Assembly: GCA_965214405.1 (NCBI GenBank)
Contig: OZ243956.1
Location: 1,632,001-1,696,000 of the forward strand
Direction: 5' to 3'
Length of the DNA: 64,000 nt
Source of the DNA: Trueperaceae bacterium
GTDB lineage: Bacteria > Deinococcota > Deinococci > Deinococcales > Trueperaceae
Below are positions 39,171 through 48,264 of this stretch, piece after piece. The notes under the pieces were generated by a model. That model worked only from the letters and a program-made list of their open reading frames with translations. It did not search any database and was not told the DNA's origin. A program made the translations under genes and the position numbers. Numbering within the stretch: position 1 is the first letter of the stretch; each line of letters begins with the position of its first letter.

Positions 39171-40100
39171 ATGGACCTGCAAAAGCTTATGAGTACCAGA
39201 GTCAACCGCCGGAGGCTGTTAAGCAATCTCGGCATGATGGGCGCGGGCGCGGCGCTGACCGCCTGCGGGCCGCAGCTTCTCGCGCAGCCGCCGGAAGTGG
39301 ACCCCGTAGAAGTTGATTTAGCCATCCTCAACTTCGCGCTCAACCTAGAGTATTTAGAGGCCGAATACTACCTTCGCGGCGTGTTCGGGGAGGGCCTAGA
39401 GGAGCGCGGCGTGGACGTGGGCGGCGCGGCAGCCGGTCCGGTCACGGGCGGCAGGAAGCTCGACTTCAGGAGCCAAAGAAACCTCCAGAACGCCACCGAA
39501 ATCGCGCTCGACGAGGAGGCGCACGTCAAGTTCTTGCAGGGCGTCATCAACTCGATTGACCCGAGCGCGCTGGCCCCTCGCCCCGCCATCAACTTCACCG
39601 ACGCCTTTAACGCGGTGGGCGCGGCTGGAGGTCTATCCGCCTTCGACCCGTTCTCGAGCGACATCAACTTCATCCTCGGTGCCTTTGTCTTTGAAGACGT
39701 GGGCGTGACCGCCTACAACGGCGCGGCCCCGCTTATCTCCAACAAGGCGTACTTAGGCGCGGCGGCGAGCATCCTCGCGGTCGAGGCGTACCACGCAGGC
39801 GACGTTCGCAACGTGCTCTTTAACTTAGACGGCCCCACAGGCGACTTCGCGCGCACCGTCGCCGACGCCATCTCGGACGCCCGCGACGAGCTCGCCGGTC
39901 CCGACGACGACGACCAGCCCCCGGTCCACGAGAATCCCTTCGGCACGATTGCCAACGTGACCCCGACCGACGGCAACGCCCTCGTCTTTGCCCGCACGCC
40001 GCGCCAGGTGCTCAACATCGTTTACCTCTCGGCGGGTGCCAGCTCGGGCGGCTTCTTCCCCAACGGCGTCGCTGGCGACTTCTCGGCGCTCGGCCTCTAA
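39171..40100 (+). CDS. Ferritin-like (desiccation-related PCC13-62 / DRB0118-like) protein, probable Tat lipoprotein
   Basis: NRRRLL twin-arginine and LTAC lipobox; LNFALNLEYLEAEYY, DEEAHV, FEDVGVTAY.GA, AVEAYHAG. Confidence 0.88.
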   Translation: MDLQKLMSTRVNRRRLLSNLGMMGAGAALTACGPQLLAQPPEVDPVEVDLAILNFALNLEYLEAEYYLRGVFGEGLEERGVDVGGAAAGPVTGGRKLDFRSQRNLQNATEIALDEEAHVKFLQGVINSIDPSALAPRPAINFTDAFNAVGAAGGLSAFDPFSSDINFILGAFVFEDVGVTAYNGAAPLISNKAYLGAAASILAVEAYHAGDVRNVLFNLDGPTGDFARTVADAISDARDELAGPDDDDQPPVHENPFGTIANVTPTDGNALVFARTPRQVLNIVYLSAGASSGGFFPNGVAGDFSALGL

Positions 40101-40169
40101 GCCGTCATCAAGGTATTCTGGGGACGTTCGTAAAGCCAGTCTTACCAAGTTCTTGCCTGGAGGGTATGA

Positions 40170-40244
40170 ATGAAAAAGGTCTACCGTAAGCCGCAACTCA
40201 AAAAGCTGGGTTTGTTGAGAAAGCTGACGAAGTTTTCCTTCTAA
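40170..40244 (+). CDS. RiPP precursor with lasso-type leader: MKKVYRKPQLKKLGLLRKLTK-FSF (not in the ORF track)
   Basis: GGAGG RBS at 40159; exact YxxPxLxxxGxxxxxT leader pattern; next to B1/B2 genes; followed by a terminator hairpin. Confidence 0.85.
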   Translation: MKKVYRKPQLKKLGLLRKLTKFSF

Positions 40245-40263
40245 TTTAGAAGACAATAACCGA

Positions 40264-40300
40264 ACGGGAGACTGGTTTTGCTGGTCTCCCGTATTTATTT
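40264..40300 (+). terminator. Intrinsic terminator after the precursor, between convergent genes
   Basis: acgggagactgg-ttttg-ctggtctcccgt followed by atttattt. Confidence 0.7.
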
Positions 40301-40315
40301 ACCGCTGAGGCTGTT

Positions 40316-40741
40316 TTAGGCTCGAGCAGGAAAGCGGTAGATTTCCTCGAAGGTAAAACTGGAGGTTTTCTCGAGATACGGCTCGCCGTCCCTAGCAAGC
40401 CAGCAGTGTCCAGCAAATGCACCCTCGGGGCTGCCCGTCCCAAAGCAGAGCGCCACGTCCACCCCCGCGCGCCTGAGAAAATAGAAGAGCGTGAGCCCCC
40501 TCGCCAAACAGTCGCGGCGGGCCAGGGGTGCCCGCCCAAGCACCGCCTCCGCGTAACTCACGACTTTTTGCGCCCGTTCCGGACGGTGGGGCGCGTTTAT
40601 TCGCGTGTCAAGCTTAGGGAGGAGCGTCGGCAGGGGCACCCGGCTGAGTAAGGGCACGGCGGCGGCGAAAAGATAGATACGCAGCAGCAAGAACGCGTCG
40701 CCCGGCGTGCGCAGCTTCTCGAGTTCCCTAAAGCGCCGCAT
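40316..40741 (-). CDS. Lasso peptide B2-type leader peptidase (transglutaminase-like)
   Basis: DCLARGL...L...G.....FG......GHCW..DG catalytic Cys/His pattern. Confidence 0.88.
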   Translation of the reverse strand: MRRFRELEKLRTPGDAFLLLRIYLFAAAVPLLSRVPLPTLLPKLDTRINAPHRPERAQKVVSYAEAVLGRAPLARRDCLARGLTLFYFLRRAGVDVALCFGTGSPEGAFAGHCWLARDGEPYLEKTSSFTFEEIYRFPARA

Positions 40742-41006
40742 CGACCAGGAGGTCCGCACCCGAAAGCTCCTCGAGAATCTCGGTCACGTCCGCCTCGAGC
40801 GTTTCGCGCGGCGCGTCGTATTCACTGCAAAGCACGGTGACGATGTCGTTCAAGGTTCTCGAGCCGTCGCACAGCTCCCACACCCGCCCCCCCACCTCGT
40901 TAAGCGCGTAATACTGCCCGTCTTTTAAGTTAAGGAGCACCACCGTCTCATCGGCGTCTTGCTTGAGGATGTCGTCTTTGCGTTTGGGGTGCGCGTCAGC
41001 GTTCAC
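40728..41006 (-). CDS. PqqD family RiPP recognition element (lasso B1)
   Basis: ETVVLLNLKDGQYYALNEVGGRVWELCDG..T...IV..L..EYD....L..DV...L.EL. Confidence 0.92.
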   Translation of the reverse strand: MNADAHPKRKDDILKQDADETVVLLNLKDGQYYALNEVGGRVWELCDGSRTLNDIVTVLCSEYDAPRETLEADVTEILEELSGADLLVDAAL

Positions 41007-41105
41007 GTGAAGCCTCCAGCTACTTTTACCGTCTTCTCTCGAGTCTGGATGTGCAAAGTCTCACGAGGTTCGAGGGATGAACCCGCATCCGTTGGCGGTC
41101 ACGGG

Positions 41106-41435
41106 TCATTTCGCATCATTAACGAGGTCGATAAGGAGCCGCGCCCGCGTGCCGCCCACCCAGGTGTCCTTTTTGAACTGCTTATGGTAAACGTCGATGG
41201 CGTGAGGGGAGGTCTCGACGGCTTTGTGCGCCCGCGCGAGCGAGTCGGCGCGCATGTACGAGAGCAGGTAGTCTTTGCCGTTAAGAGAAAGGTGGAACCA
41301 GGACTCGAGCTGAACGCCCTCATCTCGCAAGGTCGAAAGCGCCTCATCGATACGTTCGTTGATGGTTTGCGCCCACGCCTCAACCTTGTGAAGCGAATCG
41401 GGTTTTAGTTCGATAACGCCAGCGATAATTTCCAT
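41106..41435 (-). CDS. Hypothetical protein (DUF6176-like)
   Basis: EAL.TL.DEGV.LES.F, S.H.ID.YH..F. Confidence 0.6.
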   Translation of the reverse strand: MEIIAGVIELKPDSLHKVEAWAQTINERIDEALSTLRDEGVQLESWFHLSLNGKDYLLSYMRADSLARAHKAVETSPHAIDVYHKQFKKDTWVGGTRARLLIDLVNDAK

Positions 41436-41491
41436 AATGACCTTCTCTAAAGGAGCAAAAACGCGCCGGAAACCTGGTTCAGACGACCCGC

Positions 41492-42547
41492 TCAAACGAC
41501 AGGCAGCGTCATCAAGTTCTGAATACTGATCTGCCCCGCCAGCACCCGCGCCGCCTTCCGCAGCGCCTGCGCCTCCGGCGCGTCCGGTTCGGCCACGACG
41601 AGGGGCGCGCCCCGGTCGCCGCTCTCGCGCACGCGCCGCGTGATGGGGATTTCACCTAGAAGCGGTAGTCTTTCTTTTTCTGCAAAGGCCGCCGCGCCGC
41701 CCCTACCAAAAATATAGTCGCGCGAGCCGTCGGGGAGTGCGTAGTAGGACATGTTTTCAATGACGCCCAGGACGGGCACATGCGTTTTGCGCATCATCGT
41801 GTAGGCGCGCCGCACGTCTAAGAGCGCCACGTCCTGCGGCGTCGTCACCAGCACCGCGCCCGTAAGGGGCACGAGTTGGGACAAGGAGAGTTGTACGTCG
41901 CCCGTGCCGGGGGGCAGGTCCACAATCAGGTAATCAAGCTCGCCCCAGACCGTTTGCTTGAGAAGCTGCGTCAGCGTGCCGTGCAGAATCGGGCCGCGCC
42001 AGGTCAGGGCCTGACCGTCTTCGACTAAGTTGGCGATTGAAATCACCTTGACGCCGTGGTTGCGCAAAGGGATGATGTTTTTTTCGTCGTCGGCCATGAG
42101 ACGTTTGCCCTCGACCGAGAACATTTTGGCCTGCGAGGGGCCGTAGATGTCGGCGTCTAGGAGGGCGACGTTGACGCCCTCGAGCGCCAGACTCGCCGCT
42201 AAGTTGGCCGCCACCGTGGACTTGCCCACCCCGCCCTTGCCCGAGCCCACCGCGACGATGTTTTTCACGCCCGGCAGCCCCTCTTGCGGCGCGCCCCTGA
42301 CCTGCGAGCCAAAGGTGACGTCTATACTTTCGACGCCGGGCACCCGGCCCACCGCCGCCCTCACGTCGGCCTCAATTTTTCCTTTTAGGGGGCACGCGGG
42401 GGTGGTGAGGTCGATTTTAAGCGCGACCCGGCCCCCGTCGAGCGCGATGTCTTTGACCATCCCGAGGCTCACCAGATCTTTGTGAAGCTCGGGGTCGTTC
42501 ACCGTCTTTAGCGCGTCCAAGACGGTTTTTTGGCTCGGAGTCGTCAT
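41492..42547 (-). CDS. mrp: Mrp/NBP35 Fe-S cluster carrier ATPase
   Basis: V.DPEL..DLV.LG, TTPACP, GKGGVGKST, DADIYGPS, WRGP, DLPPGTGD. Confidence 0.93.
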   Translation of the reverse strand: MTTPSQKTVLDALKTVNDPELHKDLVSLGMVKDIALDGGRVALKIDLTTPACPLKGKIEADVRAAVGRVPGVESIDVTFGSQVRGAPQEGLPGVKNIVAVGSGKGGVGKSTVAANLAASLALEGVNVALLDADIYGPSQAKMFSVEGKRLMADDEKNIIPLRNHGVKVISIANLVEDGQALTWRGPILHGTLTQLLKQTVWGELDYLIVDLPPGTGDVQLSLSQLVPLTGAVLVTTPQDVALLDVRRAYTMMRKTHVPVLGVIENMSYYALPDGSRDYIFGRGGAAAFAEKERLPLLGEIPITRRVRESGDRGAPLVVAEPDAPEAQALRKAARVLAGQISIQNLMTLPVV

Positions 42548-42762
42548 AGGGACAAAATAACACGGCGCTACCGGGACGTATGTCGGGGCTGGGTGAGGGG
42601 TCGGCAGGTCTCGAGGGATATCACAAGGAGTCACTTGGGCTATACTCTTCTTTGTGGCGGTCTCTCTGGTGGTCTCTGTGATGCTCTTCGTGGTTGTGGA
42701 CAAGTCAACGTCAGCCTTTGCGATGCTCATACCGGCGTCTCGAGTTCACACCTGGACGCGCG

Positions 42763-44121
42763 ATGGATCATAGCCTGCGGTATCAGGCCAAAAAGCCCTT
42801 CGCCACCTCCGGCTCGGTCAAAACCTTTGAGGGCGTCGACCCGCTCACGGGGCTGCCCGTGCTCATCTACCGCTTTCCGGCCCGCCCGACGCTGGCGGTG
42901 GGCGACCTCGATTCGGAAAACGTTCCGGGCGTTCTGGCGAGTGCTTACGATGGCGAGGGGCGTTTGGTGGTCGCCTATTCGCGCGAGTACGCGCCGCTCA
43001 AGGGGCCGCTGCCCGTCGACACGCTCATGCCGCTCGCCCTGGGGAGCGCGCGCGCGCTTTTAGACGCGGCGGAGGCCGGGGTGGTCCACGGCGACATCCG
43101 GCCCGAGCGCTTTTTGGTCGCGGGAGGGGACTTGCTGCTTGAGGGCTACGGCGTCGTCTGGGACGCGCCGAGCGAACCATATCGCGCGCCCGAACTCGGT
43201 GACGGGCCGCCGTCGCCCGCGGGCGACGTGTACGCCTGGGCGGGGGCGCTGCGGGACGCGTTGGGGAGCGGGATACCGGAGCGGCTCGAGCAGCTTTTTG
43301 CCCACTGTTTGTCCGAGAGTCCAGAAGACCGGCCCAGCGCCGAGGCGATTCACCGGGGGCTCGAGCTCCAGGTCGAGAGTTTGGCGCGCGCGTCCGCGGC
43401 GAGCGTCGCCGCCTACGCGGGCGGGGACGCGTTGCCCGCGTCTCCCCCGTCCCCTCCAGAGAGCGGCGCACAAGACCCGGAAGACACCGAGCCCATCTTG
43501 ATTCAGACCGGCTCGGGCACACCCTCGACGCAACCCGGCTCTCCGGCAGTCTACACAAGGGTGGATAAAGGGATGGGCGAGACTGTGAGCGAGAAGGGCG
43601 AAAAACCCGCTCGAGCCAGCAAGGGTGAGGAGGTCTTCGTTAGAGATTTACCCCCAGGCGGCGTCTACCGCGCGGGCTCCGAGGAGGGCGCAAATCCTCC
43701 CGCGCCCTTCGAACCGCCTCCCGATATCGTTTTGGAGGACGAGCGGCGGGGCGGCAGGCGTCTCATTTTGCTCGTGGCGCTCCTCGTCGGCGCGGCGCTC
43801 CTCGCGGTGCTCGCCTTTTTGGGGCGCGACACGGGCGTTACCGGACCCCGCAGCGCGGCGGCGCCTACCTACGCGCTGAGGGTGTCCGTCGAACCGCGCA
43901 CCATCGCCAACGCGGTGCTCCTGGCTATCGTAAGCCCCGACGGGTCTTCGCTTAATACGGGCGACGAAATCGCCTACGTGCCGGGCCGCGCCTCGCTCGA
44001 CGCCGCCGGGGTGTGGCGCTTGCAGGCACGGTACCAAGACCGCTTGTCCGCCCCCGTGAGCGTCCGCGTGCCCGAGGAGGATTCGGTGACGCTTGTATTT
44101 CCGGAGGTGCCGACGCAGTGA
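42763..44121 (+). CDS. Membrane-anchored Ser/Thr-kinase-like protein (probable pseudokinase)
   Basis: HGDIRPER, Y.APE, DVYAW, P.DRPS; Pro-rich linker, TM helix and C-terminal beta domain. Confidence 0.7.
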   Translation: MDHSLRYQAKKPFATSGSVKTFEGVDPLTGLPVLIYRFPARPTLAVGDLDSENVPGVLASAYDGEGRLVVAYSREYAPLKGPLPVDTLMPLALGSARALLDAAEAGVVHGDIRPERFLVAGGDLLLEGYGVVWDAPSEPYRAPELGDGPPSPAGDVYAWAGALRDALGSGIPERLEQLFAHCLSESPEDRPSAEAIHRGLELQVESLARASAASVAAYAGGDALPASPPSPPESGAQDPEDTEPILIQTGSGTPSTQPGSPAVYTRVDKGMGETVSEKGEKPARASKGEEVFVRDLPPGGVYRAGSEEGANPPAPFEPPPDIVLEDERRGGRRLILLVALLVGAALLAVLAFLGRDTGVTGPRSAAAPTYALRVSVEPRTIANAVLLAIVSPDGSSLNTGDEIAYVPGRASLDAAGVWRLQARYQDRLSAPVSVRVPEEDSVTLVFPEVPTQ

Positions 44122-44235
44122 AAGGCAGGGGTGAGTGGGTAGTAAATAGTGGTGAGATGTTGTGGGGCGGACTCGAGTGAAGCTTCAGGTCTACGTGTGA
44201 CTAGAGCAAGTTCCAAAGTGAGGGTGTAAAAGGTT

Positions 44236-45813
44236 ATGTCAAGCATCACTCCCGGCACCGCCGCGCCCAACGCTCCATCCGGTTTGTCCAGCATCGCCGT
44301 CCTCGATTACGGCTCGCAGTACACCCGCCTCATCACGCGGCGGCTACGCGAGTTCGGCGTCTATTCGGTAATTTTGCCGGGGAGCGCGACGTTGGCGGAG
44401 ATTGAGGCGGAGCGTCCCAGGGGGGTGATTCTGTCGGGAGGACCGGCGAGCGTTTACGACGCGGGGGCGCTCGGCCTGCCGGAGGGATTGTTGGAGTCCA
44501 AGCTCCCGCTCTTGGCGATTTGCTACGGGATGCAGCTCGTGGCGCTCGCCTCTGGGGGTGAGGTGACGCGCTCGCCGGTGCGGGAGTATGGCAAGGCGGT
44601 CCTAAAGGACTACGGCGGCGCATTGTTTGGGGGCGTCGAGGGCGAGTTTGTCGCCTGGATGAGCCACGGCGACGCGGTCGAGACGCTCCCGCCGGGCTTT
44701 GCGGTCGTCGCCGCCACCGACGACACGCCGGTCGCCGCGATGGAGGACGCGGAGCGGGGCATCTTCTGTTTGCAGTTTCACCCCGAGGTGCGCCACACGC
44801 CCAAGGGTGACCGGCTCATCGAGACGTTCATCGGGCGAACCGGGATTACGCGCGACTGGACGCCGCAAAGTATCGTCGACGCCCTCACCGAGGAGGTGCG
44901 CCGCGAGGTTGGGGCGGAGCGCGTGCTGTTGGGTATTTCGGGCGGGGTGGACTCGAGCACCCTGGGCCTCCTCTTGCACCACGCGCTGGGTGACCAGCTT
45001 TCCGCCGTATTCGTCGACCACGGCCTCTTACGGTTGGGTGAGGCCGAAGAGGTAGAGAGAGCGCTGCGTGACTTAGGCGTCAACCTCACGGTTATCAACG
45101 CGTCGGAGCGTTTTTTGGGGGCGCTGGTGTGTGTAACCGACCCGGAAGAAAAGCGCAAAATCATTGGCCGCGAGTTCATCGAAGTCTTCACCACCGAAGC
45201 GGCGGCGCAAGCGCAACGCGGCAAGATTAAATTCCTGGCCCAGGGCACGCTCTACCCCGACGTGATCGAGTCGGCGGGTGGGCACGGCGCGGCCAACATC
45301 AAGTCGCACCACAACGTCGGCGGGCTGCCCGAAAAGCTGGACTTTACGCTGCTCGAGCCCTTCCGCACCCTTTTCAAAGACGAGGTCCGCGAGATTGCGC
45401 ACACGCTAGGGCTACCCCCGCACCTGCGCGACCGCCACCCCTTCCCCGGCCCCGGCCTGGCGATCCGCTGCCTCGGCGAGGTGACGCAGGAGCGCTTGGA
45501 GACGCTGCGCCAGGTGGACGACATTTTTATCAGCGCGCTGCGCGAGTTTGGACTATACGACGAAACCTGGCAGGCCTTGGCGGTTCTCACCCCGCTACGC
45601 TCGGTCGGGGTGATGGGCGACGGGCGCACCTATGAAAATACTGTGGCGCTGCGGGCGGTCTCGAGCGTGGACGGCATGACCGCCGACTGGACCCGTTTGC
45701 CGCACGACTTTTTAGCCACCGTCTCCAACCGCATCGTCAACAGCGTGGCGCGCGTGAACCGGGTGGTGTACGACATTACCAGCAAGCCGCCGGGGACGAT
45801 TGAGTGGGAGTAA
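44236..45813 (+). CDS. guaA: GMP synthase (glutamine-hydrolysing)
   Basis: [42 protein letters not shown]. Confidence 0.97.
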   Translation: MSSITPGTAAPNAPSGLSSIAVLDYGSQYTRLITRRLREFGVYSVILPGSATLAEIEAERPRGVILSGGPASVYDAGALGLPEGLLESKLPLLAICYGMQLVALASGGEVTRSPVREYGKAVLKDYGGALFGGVEGEFVAWMSHGDAVETLPPGFAVVAATDDTPVAAMEDAERGIFCLQFHPEVRHTPKGDRLIETFIGRTGITRDWTPQSIVDALTEEVRREVGAERVLLGISGGVDSSTLGLLLHHALGDQLSAVFVDHGLLRLGEAEEVERALRDLGVNLTVINASERFLGALVCVTDPEEKRKIIGREFIEVFTTEAAAQAQRGKIKFLAQGTLYPDVIESAGGHGAANIKSHHNVGGLPEKLDFTLLEPFRTLFKDEVREIAHTLGLPPHLRDRHPFPGPGLAIRCLGEVTQERLETLRQVDDIFISALREFGLYDETWQALAVLTPLRSVGVMGDGRTYENTVALRAVSSVDGMTADWTRLPHDFLATVSNRIVNSVARVNRVVYDITSKPPGTIEWE

Positions 45814-45817
45814 GCAG

Positions 45818-46288
45818 ATGAGAGACGAGCGTTTCAGAGCAGTTCATCGCGGCGGTCCGCTGGGTCTTCAAGAGCATCGTCTGCTCGCTAGGTGGGCGGC
45901 AGCGTGTGCAGAGCACGTGCTCCCCCTGTTTAGCCGTTCGTATCCACAAGATGAGCGACCTCGGCAGGCCGTCGAGGCGGTAAGAGCCTGGTCTTATGGA
46001 AACCTCACCGTTGGTGAAGCGCGTGCCGCAGCCACTGAGGCACACGCCGCCGCACGAGAAGCGGCTGAGACTGAGGCGCGTTATGTTGCGCGCGCAGCAG
46101 CTCACGCGGTAGCGACGGCTCACATGGCCGACCACGCGTTAGAGGCGGCTATCTATGCGGTAAAAGCCGTTAAGGCAGCGACGAAAAACCAAGCTGGAAC
46201 AGCCGTTGAGCAGGAGCGTAGCTGGCAGAAAGCACGTTTGCCGGAAGAGATTGGGAAGTTGGTGTTGTCTACGCTCGAGCAGAAGTAG
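45818..46288 (+). CDS. Imm5-like putative immunity protein
   Basis: HRLLARWAAACAEHVL.LF....P.D.RPR.A......W...A...AARAAAHAVATAHMADH. Confidence 0.7.
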   Translation: MRDERFRAVHRGGPLGLQEHRLLARWAAACAEHVLPLFSRSYPQDERPRQAVEAVRAWSYGNLTVGEARAAATEAHAAAREAAETEARYVARAAAHAVATAHMADHALEAAIYAVKAVKAATKNQAGTAVEQERSWQKARLPEEIGKLVLSTLEQK

Positions 46289-46499
46289 GTTGTCTAAGCT
46301 TGTGAGTCGCCCAACTAAGCTCAGTCGCCGCCACCTTTTGCAGCAACTCCGTCACGCTTCTGACGCATCCCCTCCACCCAATTAAAACGTTACTCGGGCA
46401 ATTTTCCCTGAGGGGGTTCCCCTTTTGACGAAAGCTACGCTCTGTCGTTGAACCTCTAGCATCCTTGATAACAGATGATTATTGGATTATAGTTGGTTT

Positions 46500-47165
46500 A
46501 TGAATAGCATACTTGTAAATGCCAATCGCACTCCGTTTGCTAACCGGGCAGTAGCCGGAGAGGCAGTGGCTGTGTTTAGCCGAGCGGAAGCGATGGGTCT
46601 ATTTTCTTCGGAAGCGTGCAGAGACTCCACTCTCGGCGCCGCCTGCTTTGACAGGCTGCTCGAGAGCCTTTCACAAGCGGGGGTGGCTCGAGCCGCCGTG
46701 GCCCAATATAGAGCAGCGCAAGATGCAGACCGAGAGTCCGATACGTCTTGGTCCGATACGTCTTGGCTCCGGGGCTGGTTTGGAAACCTTAGGGACGTTC
46801 TGGACGACTCGCCCATACCGGAATATGAGTGGACCTCCGCCAAACGTTACTTCGACAACGACGGGCTCGCCCGGCTGCTGGATATTTCTCCTGCGAGCGT
46901 CAACCGCTACGCCTCAGGCGAACGCGCCACACCTCAGGGCGTCGCCACCCGGCTCCACTGGCTCATGCTCGTCGTCGGCGATTTGCTGGGGTCTTATAAC
47001 GCCTTTGGCGTGCGCCGCTGGTTCGCGCGGCCACGCACCGCTTTGGGGGGACATTCACCTGAGGATGTTCTCGTTAGCATCGAGGGCGGCTGGACACCGG
47101 AGCAGCCCGAGGTCGCAAAGGTCCGCGAGCTTGCGCGCGCGCTGACCGCTCAGGGCGCGACGTGA
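46500..47165 (+). CDS. Xre/MbcA/ParS-like antitoxin
   Basis: HTH (LARLLDISPASVNRYASG) plus C-terminal RRWF.RP..ALGG.SP; coupled to the RES gene. Confidence 0.75.
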   Translation: MNSILVNANRTPFANRAVAGEAVAVFSRAEAMGLFSSEACRDSTLGAACFDRLLESLSQAGVARAAVAQYRAAQDADRESDTSWSDTSWLRGWFGNLRDVLDDSPIPEYEWTSAKRYFDNDGLARLLDISPASVNRYASGERATPQGVATRLHWLMLVVGDLLGSYNAFGVRRWFARPRTALGGHSPEDVLVSIEGGWTPEQPEVAKVRELARALTAQGAT

Positions 47166-47686
47166 TCGGCTACCGGCACGCGGACGCGCGTTACCCGTTT
47201 CTGTGGGAGGCTGTTGATCAGCCTGCCGCACGCTGGCACGCATGGGGCGAGGGACCCGCGCATTACTTTGCCAGCAGCCCGGACGGTGCCTGGGCGGAGT
47301 TTTTGCGTCACGAAGAGATTACCGACCCTGCCGACTTGGAGACGGTTCGGCGCGCCCTTTGGGTGGCAGATTTGGGGGAGGAAGCCGCCGTGACCCCAGA
47401 CTTGCCGGAGGAGGTGCCGAGGGGGGGGCTCGAGAGCTACCCCGCGTGCCAGGACGCGGCGCGGGAGTTAAGAGGGCGCGGCGTCACCCACTTGGAAATA
47501 CCCTCAGCCGCGTTGCAAGCTATGGGCGCGCTTGGTTGGGTGGTCGATAGAGGCCTCAAACCCGTTCCTCAAAATGGTAAGGTCATCGTCCTCTTTGGTC
47601 CGCAACCGAACCTTGTGGGCTGGCTCGCCGCTATAGGCGGGCCGCGGGCGGACCTGTTGGAGCGGGTGAGGTATTTGGGTAGCTAA
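47162..47686 (+). CDS. RES domain toxin
   Basis: Conserved R (ARW), E (AEF), S (PSA) and Y..CQ. Confidence 0.8.
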   Translation: MIGYRHADARYPFLWEAVDQPAARWHAWGEGPAHYFASSPDGAWAEFLRHEEITDPADLETVRRALWVADLGEEAAVTPDLPEEVPRGGLESYPACQDAARELRGRGVTHLEIPSAALQAMGALGWVVDRGLKPVPQNGKVIVLFGPQPNLVGWLAAIGGPRADLLERVRYLGS

Positions 47687-47760
47687 GCTTATGAAATAGT
47701 TGTGCTCTTTTTTATCTTTAGGCTGGTCTTTATCTTTTTTACGCTTAGGAAGCAGCAAAA

Positions 47761-48045
47761 TCAAACTGCTCGCTTGAACGGGTAAATGTCAAAACTTTGC
47801 CACACCCCCTCGAGCGTGTAGATATCGTTTTGTAGAAAAGTCTCGAGGGCTGCTCTCGAGTCTACCTCAACGATAAGCGCAGAGCCTATCATTGTCCCCT
47901 CGTCGTCTAATAACGCGCCGCCCGACTGCACCATCCCAGCTTCGACGGCGGGCTTAATGGCCTCTAAATGCGCGTCACGCACCCGCTGGCGGCGGGCGGG
48001 TGCGTCGGGGTCGGTGCCGTCTTTAATAATCACAAGGTACGTCAC
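47761..48045 (-). CDS. YciI family protein
   Basis: R...R.AHL, GALLD..G...GS, DIY...GVW. Confidence 0.85.
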   Translation of the reverse strand: MTYLVIIKDGTDPDAPARRQRVRDAHLEAIKPAVEAGMVQSGGALLDDEGTMIGSALIVEVDSRAALETFLQNDIYTLEGVWQSFDIYPFKRAV

Positions 48046-48102
48046 GGATTCCTCCTCTTCCTACTTTAAGGCGTGAAAGAGCTTCAGGCACGCCAAAACA
48101 AA

Positions 48103-48156
48103 TTTGATACAACCTCACTCATATCTCTTGACATTACCACACCGCGTTGTTATACT
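48103..48156 (+). promoter_or_regulatory. dnaK promoter (TTGACA-N17-TATACT, extended -10) with upstream HAIR-like site
   Basis: TTGACA 48128-48133, TGn then TATACT 48151-48156; tTTGAta-N7-ACTCAta at 48103-48123 resembles CTTGAGT-N7-ACTCAAG. Confidence 0.7.
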
Positions 48157-48264
48157 CTCTCCTAGTGCAAGTGTCTTGCGTGGGGGCGCATGAATTTTTA
48201 CAATATTACAGCCGAAACCCACCGCAAGAGCGACGCAAACCCATTAACCATTTAAGGAGACATC

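Noticed and set aside
44236..45813. guaA as the missing lasso cyclase (shares an SGGxDS PP-loop and lies about 3 kb from B1)
   Set aside because: It has all canonical GMP synthase motifs (class I GATase, [18 protein letters not shown]); it is a housekeeping enzyme, not an Asn-synthetase-like cyclase.
46289..46480. Integron attC-like site (GCCCAAC) after the Imm5-like gene
   Set aside because: No matching GTTRRRY with a convincing imperfect inverted repeat, and no integron integrase.
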